Shown: positions 37,755 through 51,800 of the stretch, one piece after another | How positions within the stretch are numbered: the first letter of the stretch is position 1 | Layout: every line of letters begins with the position of its first letter | Assembly (NCBI GenBank): GCA_000934665.2 | Contig: KZ537960.1 | Location: 62,001 to 126,000 of the forward strand | Length of the DNA: 64,000 bases | From: Catajapyx aquilonaris | Taxonomy: Eukaryota | Reading direction: 5' to 3' | Notes under the pieces: generated by a model | Told to the model about the DNA's origin: nothing | Databases searched by the model: none | What the model saw: the letters and a program-made list of their open reading frames with translations, nothing else | Translations under genes and position numbers: made by a program

Positions 37755-40700
37755 ATGGACGACGACACCATCTTTTGTTCGAATTGGTGAGTCGTTGCAT
37801 ATGACATGCACAGGATCCTTAATGTCACCTGTCAATGTTGCAGCAAGCGGGATATCCCCCGCGCCAACTCTGTGATGCACCAGGTCCACTGCCAGCGCAA
37901 CATTGCCATGTGCCCCGAGTGCGATGAGCCCATTCCACGCTCAGAGCTGGAGAGGCACCGGGAAGAGGAGCACTCCTTAGTCGCCTGTCCTCAATGCAAG
38001 GCGAAAGTGGAAAAGAGGCTTCTAGAAGAGCATAAGAAGGATGACTGTTCTCTCCGAATGGTGGTCTGCCGCTTCTGCCAACTGGACCTCACCTCTAAGG
38101 ATATGCCCGAACATGAGAACTACTGTGGGAGTCGTACTGAGAAATGCGAGTGTGGGGAATATGTAATGCTCAAATACCAGCAATTGCACATTGATTCGAA
38201 TCATGGATTCCTCAAGCTTGATGATGGTAAATATCATGTTGTAGTGGTGCTGATTGTAATTTTCAAAAATATGGTTTTTATCAATGTAATCTAAGTCCTC
38301 TGCGCAGCCTCTCTCAGGAATGTATTACTCTTTGCTTTTGTTCTGATTAATTCATTCACAAAATGTTTTAACGATAGACAGAGTGGCATTATCACGTTCA
38401 TTAACACCTAACAACTCAGTTTGCTATATTATCTTGCAAATTAAATTTGTTAGTAAGTGGGGGTTGTAAAGGTGATAGTGACAGGTTGTAACAACCCTAT
38501 CTGGACATAGATAGCTTGCATGTGATTAATGCTTTGAAATCTCCCAGAACCAGGTCCTGCTCGACGTGACCTAGCCAGCCCCCCTCTTCCCCTTCTCACT
38601 GCCATGGCCTCTTCAAAAGGCCAACACCTGCCCTGGGAGCAAAATTCCATTTTACCAGACCCTACTCCAGACACTCCACCCCACCCAGGCCATTCCCCTC
38701 CAAGCTTCCTGCGCAAAATTCCAAATGCAAGCCAGGACTGGTCCCGCCCCACCTCCTCCGCCAATCGGCTAAGTCCTGTGAAGCGCACGAATGACATGCC
38801 TCAAGTGAACCAGCAGCAGCAGCATGGGATGGATGTGGCCAAACGCCTGGAGAAGACCAGCCTACGAGATATGCGGGAAATAGACCAGGTGGACCAAGTG
38901 GACCAGATGACCATGGAGCAGTTGGACCGAATATTGGCATATCATTTGGCCAAGGAAGAGGCTGCCAAAAAGATCGCAGCAGTCAGACGAGACAGGGAAA
39001 AGGAGGAGTTGCGATGGGACCGAGTGACTAATGGAAAAGCCACTGATGTGGGGAGGAGGGAAAGTGATGGGGAAAATGAGGAGGATGGCGAGGTGAAGCT
39101 GCCATGTGAATTTTGTGAGAGACTTATGTGCCCAGAAGAGTTGGTCATGCACCAGGTAAAGATTTTGAATGGTTGTAACTGCTGCCTTATGGGTTACAAA
39201 AAAAAAAAGGCCAACACTCTGCATGGATGTAAGAATCAAAATAAGGTTAAAACACTTGTAATGCAACATTAGATCTTGTGCCATGTGGAGTTATGGTTAC
39301 ATAGGTCAGCAAAACACATGCCTCAACTTTGATGGCCACCGTCACTTAACCTCACATGTTTGTGGTTCTAGGCAGAGTGCATGCTGAACCCAGTTCATGG
39401 GTCCTTCTTCCAGCCGCTAAGGCCTTCTGCTCCCCCAGCTTATCACCGGGCCCCGACCCCACCTCCCCTATCGGACTTGACTCCAACCCCGACACCTACT
39501 CCATCCCCATCTCCACCATCAAGCCCTGTCCTCAACAACCTGTCCACTCACTCATCTGTGCACAACACTGTGATGCTTCCCTGCGAGTTCTGTGGGACTC
39601 CTTTTCTTCCGGATAGTCTAATTGCCCACCAGGTAGTGTGTGATCTCAATGAACATGCTGTGCCAGAATCAGCCCTCCACCAGGCTGCATTTGGTCTGAG
39701 TGGGAGAATCTCTTCTCTGCATCCTCCACCCCCTCTCCCACTTCCACCTGTCTCGAGGTCTAGTAGTGACGATACAGATATGGTCAATTACAACCTGGGG
39801 AATCGGGAGGAGGACAAGGTGCGGAAGGACTTGGGATCCATTGCCCATGAAAAAGGAAGCAGTTATGGCCAGAGACTCAGGAACAGGAATAAGGACAGGT
39901 CAGTGGTGAAATTTTGTTAGGTTATGGGCTAGTTTTCACATTTCACATTTTGACGTTGCAGACTCCAGCTGTTTCCTGACATAGCAGTACGAGAAGGACG
40001 AGGAGACCACGATGAGCCAGTTGAGAGCAGAAGCCAGTACCTGACGGAAATGAGGGCTGCCCTGCAGAACCGCCCTCGTAATAGCCCTCGGAGGCATGGA
40101 GCAGGAGGGGGAGTCAGGATGGGGCAGTCCTCTGGAGGGACACCTTCTGAATCAGACATCCCGCCAGCAGGTTGGGGCAACACCTTGACCTCCCTGGCCT
40201 GCAATGCATTCTCCTTACTGTCTGTCATAATCCTTGCTCGATTTATGCATTCTTACCTGCGTCATTTGTATGATAAAAAGAACTGAAGCAAAGGATAAAT
40301 GCTTTATATAACAGTTGGTGTATTTACTATATGGCTGAAATTCTTTAAACGTCTAAAGCCATACTACAGTCTCTTGAAATTATTCTAATTTGTGATTGAT
40401 AAGTGGTCATACATTTTCATAATTAATTATCAAACATGTAGACCACTGCCAATTTAGTCAGGTTAAAACAAGAAGCCTGGTTTCATGATCAAGGTGAGTT
40501 TGGAAAAAGTGAATAACACTGGCTCACCACTTTTTCTGAATTTAATCTCAATCATACAATCAGCCCTAAGTCTGTTGTACAGCTATACTGTATTATATCC
40601 AAAACTGAGTGCAGTGATGCTCCAACACTACATGAAGAGGCATTTCTTGCAGTCCAGCCAAATATCTCGTGGCACTCCTGTTCCACGAACTTATTTGTTG

Positions 40701-41959
40701 TGTTCTTGCTTATTTGAGTTTTTGTCAGAATATTGATTTGCCAAATGCACTGTTTTGCCTAAATTCACTGTAGCCAAGGATATCCCTTTCCCTGCAGTCA
40801 ACCATTCGTTATAAGGATTCTTTGTTGCTGATGTTAAATAAACCTGGGTCAAGCCTGCAAGTCCTCACTAAGGCACATTAATTGGTAATGCATGTAGAAA
40901 TGTGTGTAAAAATGCAAGGAAGTTGACGTGAAGCCAGGTTCATCAATTTACTGCAGGAGAGCAATTCGCAATTAATAGTGCATGTAGAAGGAAGCTCTAC
41001 ATGTGCTGATGTGACAGTAGCAGATAAACAGTAATTGCAAGGAGTAGATTGTATAATCTTGGAAGTATTCCTCTTGTTAGCATAAGGCTAGATGATCTGA
41101 GTACTTTGCTGAGAGCTACTTCACTGTGGATGCTTTCAAGCTAGTAATTTAGCCTTGGCCTGCGTGAGAGCGTGCTCGGAGCTATTATCTTCGAGGACCA
41201 TTACTTGCTTGTGGTTGTACTGTGATGCAATACTTTACTGGATGTGGCATTGTGATAGCGATGCATTATTTTCTATAAGTTATTTCATGTCTGCTGTGAG
41301 AACCACACAAAGAACATACTTAAATGCTAGAATTACTGAAATTGCTAATGTATGTGCACGTACATCACAGTTAGTTACATTTAGGAAAAATGTACCACTC
41401 CCAGTTGTGACTTCTATGAGCCCATCAATGACTTTGTAATCAGTTCAGCAAGATTCCACGAACAGGATGCAAATTATTCACCATACCAAAATTAAGCCTG
41501 TTTGTCCTGGTCCATTTCGTTAGTGAATGTAAATTGAACTGCCTTACCATTTGACTTAGGAGCCCGGCCTAAGCACCACCATCACCATCGCAATGCCCTG
41601 GGTGACACCCGGCTGGATGCATCGGAGTCCAGTCCTAAGTACCCCCACAAGTCAAACAATGATGTGGGAGATGGAGGGAGTGGCAGGGAGTTACGCCTGC
41701 CCCAGAATAGGGGACCACCCCGAGCAAGGGTTGGTGCCAGCCCACCTGCTGGAAGTGGGTCCCAGTACCGGGTACTGGACACAGTTAACTCCTGGACTGA
41801 GGTCAATATCCCACCGGGAGCTGTCCCTAAGCACAAAGTGTGTTTGTGATTGTTGAAGTCCTTGTAAATCCATGCATTTTTAATAACCTTCCTTTTCTCG
41901 TTCAGGGCCACTCGCCAAAGAAGAGGAAAGCACCACTCCCACCTGTGCATTTTAAATGA
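37755..41959 (+). CDS. TRAFD1: TRAF-type zinc finger protein (TRAFD1/XAF1 family)
   Basis: MDDDTIFCSNCKRDIPRANSVMHQVHCQRNIAMCPEC...HENYCGSRTEKC, plus two further LPCEFC...HQ..C fingers. Exons 37755-37786, 37844-38226, ~38548-39155, ~39372-39898, 39962-40170 (or read-through to the stop at 40286), 41560-41837, 41906-41959. Confidence 0.85.
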
Positions 41960-43324
41960 AGCCTGAAGTTTTGCAGATCCAGTAAACGACAAGCTGCAGC
42001 CGTAGCAGTTATTCAGAACTCGTGTTTTAATAAGTCTGTGCCTTTATATTCCCGAGCTGCCGTGACATTAGGGTGGCTCTCAGGAGAAGCAAGTCGCCTG
42101 CTTTCCAGATGTACTCGTATCTTCTTTTTTTGTAATCAAGCTTTAAGCAGTCATGTGATTTTTCCCTCCCTTGTGTTAATAATCATGATTTGAATGTGTT
42201 CTGAGTGATTTATGGTATTGTGTCATTTTTAGAGTGCAAGTCAGTTTGTATCATAATGAGGAGGTGCAAATAAAAATTCAGAGTTCTTAGCAGTGCCTTG
42301 TGTGTGCGAGATCGTGTGAAGATCCCTTCACAAATGCAATGTTTTTATTATTCACAGCTGTGTCATGTACAAGGGAACAAAAAAAAAAAGTTTCCAGTAC
42401 AAAAAGAAATGGCAAATAACATGGATCAGATCGAAGAAACAAAACGCCACTTTTGCCTAATGCATAAGAGATTGCTTGCAGATCGCATTCACTCACTCAT
42501 GCACTCGTTCCATATGTACATAAATTACACATTCACTGCCACGCAACAAATATTGCCCTGTACATTATTTACATCTTGCTGTACAAATAACGTGTGGCAG
42601 TTTGAAGGGCAACGAAATTATTTCCATGTTGCAATCTGTACAGCATTACATTTCAGTCAACTTTGATTTTCCGACTCCCGAGCATTAGTCCTCGAAAGCT
42701 TGTATGCCTTTTAAAATCGTCATAATGAATTTTTGAAAAAACATGACATAAAATAAATAGTGGGACCAGCGTCTTTAAAAATCCCTTGGTGGATGCAAGA
42801 AGTGACTAGATAAATATTAAAATAAGAATGGGTTTGCTGTCCCATCTACATCAAGGTGGAAAAATGCCTGAGCGCAAAAAATATATGTTCGTCAATGCAA
42901 GTGAGCAAGAACGTCTCCTTTTAAAAAATGATTGTTTTCAATGTTGAGACCCAGTTGAAATTTTACATGGCGGAAGACGAATCCCTTAGTCGCAATTGGT
43001 GCGTTTTGGTCTCCAAAATTGTTTTTTTGGCGTCACAAATGAGCATTTCGTAGAGAGACATGGTTTGTACGAGTGAGCGGTAAATAAATTATGGCAATTG
43101 CTTCCTCAGTAATAATTTTTTAAAATATAAACCAAGTCAGGTCCCAACCTCGTGTCAAAAACATCTAACGGGCCCTTCCTCTCACAGGACCCTCCTCATG
43201 TGGTGACTACTACAGTACAATAAGTTAAAAACATGGGGTGGAATGGGTGGGTAAATGAAGTGTGTTGTGGGAGGAGTGGGGGTGTCAAACAGTAAAATGA
43301 GAGCGCAGGCATCTTCTTCAACAA

Positions 43325-44780
43325 TCAGTTGAAGAGCGGCAGGTGGTAGAAGTCATAGCCACGTTTCCCCTTGACTGCAAGGTATATGTAGATCACATGG
43401 TAGGCGCCTGGTATGAAGCAGATGGCGCCAGCGATGAAAAAGACAATAGCTTGAACTCCGTGGATTGGGAGGCTGACTACTATGATCCCTGTCACAACTA
43501 GACCTGTCAAAATACCAGTACATAATTTTAGTTAAATTGAATAGGGAGAGCGAATAACACTTGCATATTTTCCTCATTTGCATTCATTCAACAACATGGA
43601 TTCAATATTGGAGATTACCATTAATTTTCTTTCAGACAATCAGCCTCATGAGTCAATCAGGTGAATCTTTGCAGATTTAAAATGCTTTACAAATGCCATC
43701 TGCCACTTTCACATGACAAAACGAATCATATATGCTGATCAGTATGCATACTTGAAACACTTGAAAATCACTGCAACATCTATGACTATTAGTGAGTCAA
43801 TGACCACAATGACCTTGCATGCGCTGGAACCTTAGTCACAATCACATTATCTTATGAGTCACCAGGTAAATATTTGTTACAAAATGAGGAATTAATGTCT
43901 TTCCACATTAGTTGAAACATGACTGAAAATGTTGAAGTACAGCCTTTTACTTTAGTAAGAAATGTGTAAGGAAATCGTTACTGACGGAGATATTTACAAA
44001 GACATGATATATGCAATTCCTTGCAATAAGTAATTGTGGCCAAAACAATGCTCACATTTTTTTTTGTTTGATGGTCTTGTACCATGACAAGATCCATGTC
44101 AGTGATAACATACTGGATGGAACCCACCCTTCACCTATTCTATTGTGTGCCATTGTATACCAAACATACCGACTCCGATAGTGAGCAGGATGAATGCGGC
44201 CATCACCATTTTCCAGTTCTCCCTGATCTTGGGATGCTGCCACCAGGACTGGGAGGGGTCAAACATGTTGTACGATGCGCTGCTCTCCTGAATCAGGGAG
44301 TCGCTGTCCTTTGACGCGGTCTGGACGGAACAGATGGGTGAAACAAATCCCTACGGTTTGCAAACAGGATCTTAGGTCAAGTCCGGTTCAGGCACAAAGC
44401 ACACCATTGGGGGAAGCAGTGCATCAGCGCAACATTATTACAACAATACTTACATCGTCGGTGAGCTTGAGCTTGACAGACCCTGTCAGAGAAGAGTTTG
44501 GGGTGGACACACTGGCACCAGCAGACGCGCCCCTGGGGTCCTCTATCCTGACCGCCGTGGGGTCGTCCCCCTGAGCATGAGCCGCCGACCCATTGGAGGT
44601 CGCGCTGCCCGGGGCGGACCCATTGCTGGATGGAGGACCAGCCCTGGTCTTGGGCTTAAGCGGGGACCTCTCCGTAGTGGACCCATACACCCTGATGGCG
44701 TCATCATGGTCCTCCTCGAACGCATCATCGATGCTGAACTTATTCCGAGGGGACATGGACAATGAGGAGCGGGCAGACAT
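43325..44780 (-). CDS. TMEM134: Transmembrane protein 134, 3 exons
   Basis: N-terminal KFSIDDAFE motif. Exon 2 (44320-44170) WWQHPKIRENWKMVMAAFILLTIGV. Exon 3 (43503-43325) FIPGAYHVIYIYLAVKGKRGYDFYHLPLFN. Start at ATG 44780 or 44756. Confidence 0.92.
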
Positions 44781-45109
44781 GGCTTCTGGGCAAGGACACT
44801 CACTCCACCCCCAGTCACTGACTGTCGCCCCCGAGCCTGCCCGACACACGGTCGTAATGGCGGCCACTAGCAGCAGCAGCAGCCATCCAATTCACAGATG
44901 GCTCACAGATGGCGCCACTGCTCTCATTTCCGTATGACCCTACCGTATTCTTCAAGTACTGTACAATTTGACCATAATCTGCCATAAATTGCCCATTTGA
45001 TGGGATCAACTTGGTAGTAAGCCGAAGATTATGGGCCGTATTCAGAGTCAACAACAAGAAGTTAGTGCAGTGCTTTAAACCACGTGACCCAGTTCACTAC
45101 ATTCAGAGT

Positions 45110-45188
45110 CGCGCTTTAGGACTAGTGCGGGCCTAGTGCGGACTTAGTGCGATCCTGTTAAAGCGGTGCACTAAGGCAAAACTTAGTG
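45110..45188. repeat. Short tandem (c/t)tagtgcg repeats between divergent TMEM134 and SLC6-A
   Basis: actagtgcgg gcctagtgcg gacttagtgcg ... gcactaag ... acttagtg. Confidence 0.55.
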
Positions 45189-45895
45189 AAGGGGGACCTA
45201 TATGTTACACAACTGCCCTATTTGGCAACAACATTTCTAGAAAACACCCCGCGGCCCGCTTTAATGACACCTCCAGTTTGTCGTGCTGGCGACTCCGATG
45301 TTGCAATTAAAATGACGCTTCGATTTGGGACGCCCTCCAGATACACTCTGGCATGCAGCGTGTCGTTGCCTAATGCCTCTGTATGTCATCAGTGTGGGGG
45401 AGGCTGATTCGAACCCAAGGTGAAGTATCATCCTGACCGGTATGCAACCCACATGCCCAAAGAAGTACCACTGAAGAGTGTCCTCCAATGTGTGCAATGA
45501 TGATTAATAACCGGCGCATGAGTATACATCCGTAAGGTACACGCCTACAGCCTCCCTTTTCTCCCCGCCTCTGCCAGCCCCTCCTTTCCTCATCCCCCGC
45601 CTACTTCCCCGCAGCTCGCTATATTTAATTCCGGTATGGAGAGCGTCCAGGAAACAACTCTGTGGTAGTGTCCAGTGGAACTTGGGACGAGGATGAGTGT
45701 TCTTCGAGCGAGCACCTGTTGACTTCGTTGACACCATACCAGGTATGTCCTAGTGTACCGGCCAACTTGATTAGATACAAAAAGTCACTTTATGAAAATG
45801 ACCTTCACGCATTGCCCTTTGACATGCCAAGACTGTTTCACACCAGAACCTTCGAAGGTGTTTCACAGTGTGTACCACTGTATTTTCAGATCAAG

Positions 45896-48800
45896 ATGAA
45901 CTCGGCTGTGTACTACTTTGAAGAGGAGTGCACCCGAAATGGTGCTGAAGACCAACAAGAAAATGGTTTCATCGAGTTTGCACCACCTCCTAGGGAAAGT
46001 CGAGTTAAGATACTTCGTGATAAGCTAACGTCGTCGTTGTCTCGTGACGATACGCAGGTGACAGACAATGGACAGAGCCATCAACCTGAAGATGGCCAGG
46101 AGCATCGGCAACAAAGAGGCGGTTGGGGGAACCAACTGGATTTTCTCTTCTCTTGCATCAGCGTGTCTGTTGGTCTCGGGAATGTATGGAGGTTCCCATA
46201 CCTTTGCTACAAGAATGGTGGAGGTACGTACTTTGTCAGCCTTGAAAAAAAATGTGTATTCGCAGAATTTGGTGATAACATGCGAAATGCTGTACCAGTC
46301 ACGAGGAATTCTAGACAAAAATTCTTGCGAATCCTCATAGTTTGGTCCAATCTGAGGCGCCTAGAGGTTGCTGACCCTATTTATTTTCCGACTTTTTGGA
46401 ATGCGATCCAAACACAAACAGGTGGAGGTGGCCGACCCAGACATAGACGCTTCTTAAGATTTTTTTTTTTTTTTACTGGTTTCTTCCTTCGCCCACCTGG
46501 CACTTGGCCCATTTTGTATGAATGCTGGAGGAATTCCCAGGAAACTTCGTCTTGTGATTTAACACATAGGAGGCCACAGATAAACACATGTCTCTCAGGG
46601 TCACTGTCATTGACATAGAGTGCATCAAGTCGTTAGTGATTTTTTTTTTCATCCAATACAATTTTTTGCTCGTTTATTAGATAAGGATTTGTGACACTGA
46701 TGTAGAAATTAACAGTCAGGGTCATTTTGCTCGGGTATATTTGGGTCGAGATCCTTGGAACTGGTTGCTGTAATCAGCTGCCCATTTATATGATATCCTT
46801 TGATCATGACTTCTTTGGGCACGATTCAAATGGGGGGCAAAGATCATAATTAAAATACAAACTTTGACCTTTTGATTATTTTCAGGTGCTTTCCTGATCA
46901 CGTACACCATTGCTATGCTCCTATGTGGCATCCCAATATTTTTTCAAGAAGTGGCAATTGGACAGTACTTGGGCTCCGGTGGGATGACCCTTGTCGGACA
47001 ACTATGTCCTCTTCTAGGAGGTTAGTATATACGAATGTTATGCGTGAAAAAAAATAATTCCATCACTACGTGATTGCTTGTCTCCGCACATCATCCGACA
47101 GTCCTGAGAATTGACAAGCTAGGTCATCGAACTGCGCTTCCTACGCAAACAAGTTTGTCTAAAAAGGCCCCCCTTTTTTTCACCATTTTTGGAAAAATCC
47201 AGCTTTGACGCCGCCTTTGAGAAACTCATTCACAAAATGCAATATGAGCGGAAAAAAATGGGATTGATTTCTCAAGATGTTGATAGCGTGTATCTATTGA
47301 CTGCGCAATATTTGCGCCTGATTTCTGACCTTTCTCAATGGCATATCTCTTTGTCCGCTATTCTTTTGTGTCCTCTTAAGCATTTCCGGTGCTTCCATGG
47401 AAACGGAGCCGCTTTGAACAAGGCCTTTTGAAGGTTTCTAAAGGGACTCCAAATAGTGCGTAGGTGTCAGTAAATGCGTTCTCAGTGACACAGCCAGTAT
47501 TGAATATTATTTTACCACCTTTTCTAAAAACTTGAATTGTCTTTAAGGTCTGTCCATGTCACGCCATATCCCTGAAGACCTCCTTTTTTTTTGCTATAGA
47601 CATAGTCCATCTCTCCCAGACCTAACGAGAAGGAGACAAATGGATCGTCGTGACTTATAGACACGTACGTCTCTGCAGGGGGTTTTTCGACTAGCGCAGT
47701 ATAGTGAAGTGGTGGGCTTTTTATTCCTTCCATCCGCACGAGTTGTTTCATCTCGTCAGCTGTTTGTCCTTCGGCAGTGCGCGTCCGCCCGTGAAAGAGA
47801 TGCTGACGGAGGCCGCTCTCGACGCAGCACAAGCAGCGTCAACAAGTGGCCGCCAACACCAAAATGAATCCAGAGGAGAATGTCCTCCTCATCTGATTTA
47901 ATTTAGTCACCGGTTACAACTAGCACGGACTTTTTTTTCATAATGGAAAGGCAGATATTAGAGCGGGGGAGGACAAAGCGCCTGGAGGTTATACAACGGG
48001 TGTGACGGGGTATGGTACAGTATACATTCTAGGCGTATGTTGACGAAACGGTGTCATACATTGACGTTGAAAGAAATGTAGACTATATACTGCAGGTTGG
48101 GTCATAGACGAACAATCACACTTTTTGGTACGGTAATAAAAATGCGGTTTGACAATGCGGTCATGTTGTTGTCGGCGTATGTCTTATCGCGAATTTAGTG
48201 TAAACTCTCTTTAAAATGGTTACTGGGCCATCAACTTCCTGCCATGAACCGGATGATTGTGAAAGCCACCTTGTATACATTTGACTTCCTATAGTGCTGT
48301 GAACTCTGGCCATGGCCATCAAAACATACTGACTGTGCTCCATGTCGTTCAGGTGCAGGCTATTCCACGATGACCATCGTGTTCTTTCTGGACACCTACT
48401 ATTGCATCATCATTGCGTGGACATTGTTCTACCTCATCAACTGCTTCGTGTCACTTCCTATGCTGCCGTGGGAAGACTGCGGTAGGAACGCATTGTTGTG
48501 TCTTCCACCAAGATGGACACTGTGCGCTAACTCTTTGACCTCTGACTCTGTGTAGGTAACTGGTGGAACACGGCCAGCTGCTTCAAGGGGTCCGAAAATG
48601 AAAATGTCACCTTCATAGCAAACAGGACTACCACCACCCCGGTTGAGGAGTATTTCAAGTAGGTACACTCCATGCCCTTCCTAAGTTCTGGTGTTTCAGT
48701 TCGACATCATTTTCAGTCATCGAGTGTTGGGAATCACAGATGGACTGGAAAATATGGGAAGTATGCAATGGGAACTTGTTGGCTGCCTATTTTTGGGATG

Positions 48801-51800
48801 GATCCTGGTCTATCTCATTATCTGGAGGGGTCTACATGCCAGTGGGAAGGTGGGTCAACCATCCTGCCCATGCCAGCATCTATATAAAAAATGTGCTCTC
48901 TCTACAGATCATATGGTTCACAGCCATATTCCCTTATGTCATCATGTTGGTTCTTCTGGTCCGGGCCGTGACCCTGGAAGGTGCCGCTGAAGGTCTAATG
49001 TACTACATCACTCCAAGATGGGAAGAATTGGGTAAAGCATCGGCTTGGATAGACGGTGCGACGCAGATATTCTTCGCGTACAGTATTGGCACCGGTGCAT
49101 TACCAGCACTTGGATCCTACAACGACTTTCATCACAATTGTTACAGGTCAGTCGTCGTAACTCTTCTTGACTGTGAGTGTTGAAACGAGTCGAGACATGC
49201 TTCCCTAACGGAATTGGGGGCACTGTATAGGGACACATGAGCCAAACGAGGATGCTATACCAGTATTCGAACCTGCCAAAGCCCTAAATACCACGCTTTT
49301 ACGCACTGTCCCCATTCTTGTAATTGCTCTTTTGTTGGGCTTAATTAGCTTCAAAAAGTGGACCGTATTTGTGTAACTCACGCTAATTTTGATCGCGTTT
49401 GATGTGGTATTGTTTGAAAATTAAGCGTTGTGTCAGTACAATTAAATTGCGACTAAATGATTTTATTAAAAATGTACAGTACGTGACACTAGGGGTAGCC
49501 TCCAGGAAAGAAGAATAAAACGTTACCTAACGTGGTTATCGGAAGTCGTAGGATGTTACAGCATATTGTACACTCGTGATGCCAACTCTGTTCGCGTACT
49601 CCGGCACGGAAAACAAAATTGCTTGGCTGTTCGCCATTTTTTGCAAACCCAGTCGACAGATACGACCAGACCTTTACTCTCATGAATGTCGGCTGCTGGT
49701 ATAGGTCATGGTCCTCACTGGTATTAGTTATAATAAGGTGGGGGCTAAAAAGAAACATATCATTTTAGCTTTAGGTTATAGCACCTTTTTTTCAGTGGGT
49801 AGGATTTGGCGCTAGAAAAAGGAACAGAAAGAGATGTCCTTGGAGACAATTAAGTGGGTTAGTAACCGCTTCCAAAACCTTCTTTTCATGCACCTCAAAT
49901 AACCCATAGGACACTGCGCACTAAGTAGGACGCTGAACTGTAAATCACTCATTTAAAAATGAAAATAAATCAAAAGTTACGAGTTGAATTCCTCTGGACT
50001 TCACAGAACACTTGAATTCCATGGTATGCAGTAGGAGAATGTGTACTTTTGACCCCCAAAATTTGGGCAATGATCATGCATGTAACGGTGCTATTCATTT
50101 CACCTAGGAGTATACAATGTTGCAAAGGGCTATTTTTGCACATTTTGTGGAAAGACGCCAAATGTGACGTCATCAGTATTCGTTCAAGCGACTGATTATT
50201 TCTCGAAAAAAAAAAATTAGAGTGACAACAGCTATTTTACAAAAAGGCAAAATGATTTTCACCGGTCTAATTTGGAATATATTATTTTAGAATTTTGAAA
50301 TGTGCAACAAAAATATTACTGTAATATGCTCTGCAATTGCATCAGCTATTGGCATCTCTGTTGGTCTTATGGTCCAAATCAGCTAAAGGCATTTTGTGAA
50401 GAAGGTAAAGTATGAAGACCTTGCTAAGAAAATGTCTTTTCTACATCATCGCAAATTATTGTCAAATGAGGCACCCGACATGAATTCCAAATATTGGCAG
50501 TTTGTCAATTAAAGGTTGAATGGATATTGCCCCAGATGTGCGTCAGTCTGGAAGTGGCGATGCCAAGCCACAATTATATCAAGCATCCAGGAGGGACGAG
50601 GAGGTCATGGTCCATCCAATTGCTTCTACTGCCGACTTTGACATAATTATAGATCATAAATATATGGAATCTTCTTTTTGCTACATTGTTCAAGTCTCCC
50701 AGACAATTTTTTTTTTGGTCCGTTTCTTTCGTATGTTGACATTGACCCCAAAGTTATGTTCCATCAAACACACCCTGTACTAAGTGAGTCACTCTGCCAG
50801 CCCAAGTGACGACAACTCCCGAATGTGATGCAAATAACGCGAACTGACAAGTGAGTTGGAGCAGTATTTTTACCACGCCTTAAACACGTGGCTACAGTCC
50901 CACACAAATCCTTTTCCATCCGAGTGATCCTGTACTTCTAATAGCCCAGTAGAGTCACATCGAGTCACATTTCTACAAATATATTGGCAAACCTGGGTTT
51001 ATGAGCGTGTCTGGATATTTTTGCGGTTGATCAACCTGGGTTGGCAACAGCAATAATGGTGGAAGAAAATAGCAATGGCACATCTCCAGTTTTAAAACAA
51101 ATCTCAAGATTTATTCTAGCGCCCTGCTGTCGAGTATGCAGTCTCTTTGCGACACTTCAGATAGTGCCAGCTGGTACTTGTTCATGCTCTAACAACAGTA
51201 CTGGAACCGGTCCATTAGAGTCAAGTTCATGCAACTCATTGAGGCTATTGGAGATCAGTTTTCAACTTAGCAACTGTCTATCAGAATTAAGACTTTATGT
51301 AAAGAAAAGACAAGGAACTAGGACATTCTGCCAAATGCTATTTTTTTTGGCCTGACTATTTGTGTGTCTATTGTGTCTCTGTTCACACGAGCTGAACCAT
51401 TATATTTTTAACTGATTTCAGAGATGCGGTGATAACTTGCATAGTGAACACTCTGACGTCACTGTTGGCTGGGTGCATCACCTTTTCCATTTTGGGATAC
51501 ATTGCACATATCCAGGCAACTGAGGTGTCTAAGGTGGTGACGAGTGGACCTGGATTGGTGTTTCTAACATACCCAGAAGTGGTGTTGCTGTTGCCAGGGG
51601 CGGCTGCTTGGGCCATCATCTTCTTTGTCATGCTGGCGGTGAGCAGCAAATGCGAATTTGAATAAAGCAGATTGGATGATATTTTGGAGCTATTTTCAGG
51701 TGCTGGGAATTGACAGCGAGTTTTGCAACGTTGAGTCTTTCATCACAGGAGTGGTGGACAATTGGCCTGAGCTGCTGAGGCCACATAGGAAGATATTTAC

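Noticed and set aside
45662..46618. 318-aa ORF as a single-exon gene
   Set aside because: Only 45896-46223 is SLC6 coding. The rest is read-through into UTR and intron beyond clear splice sites.
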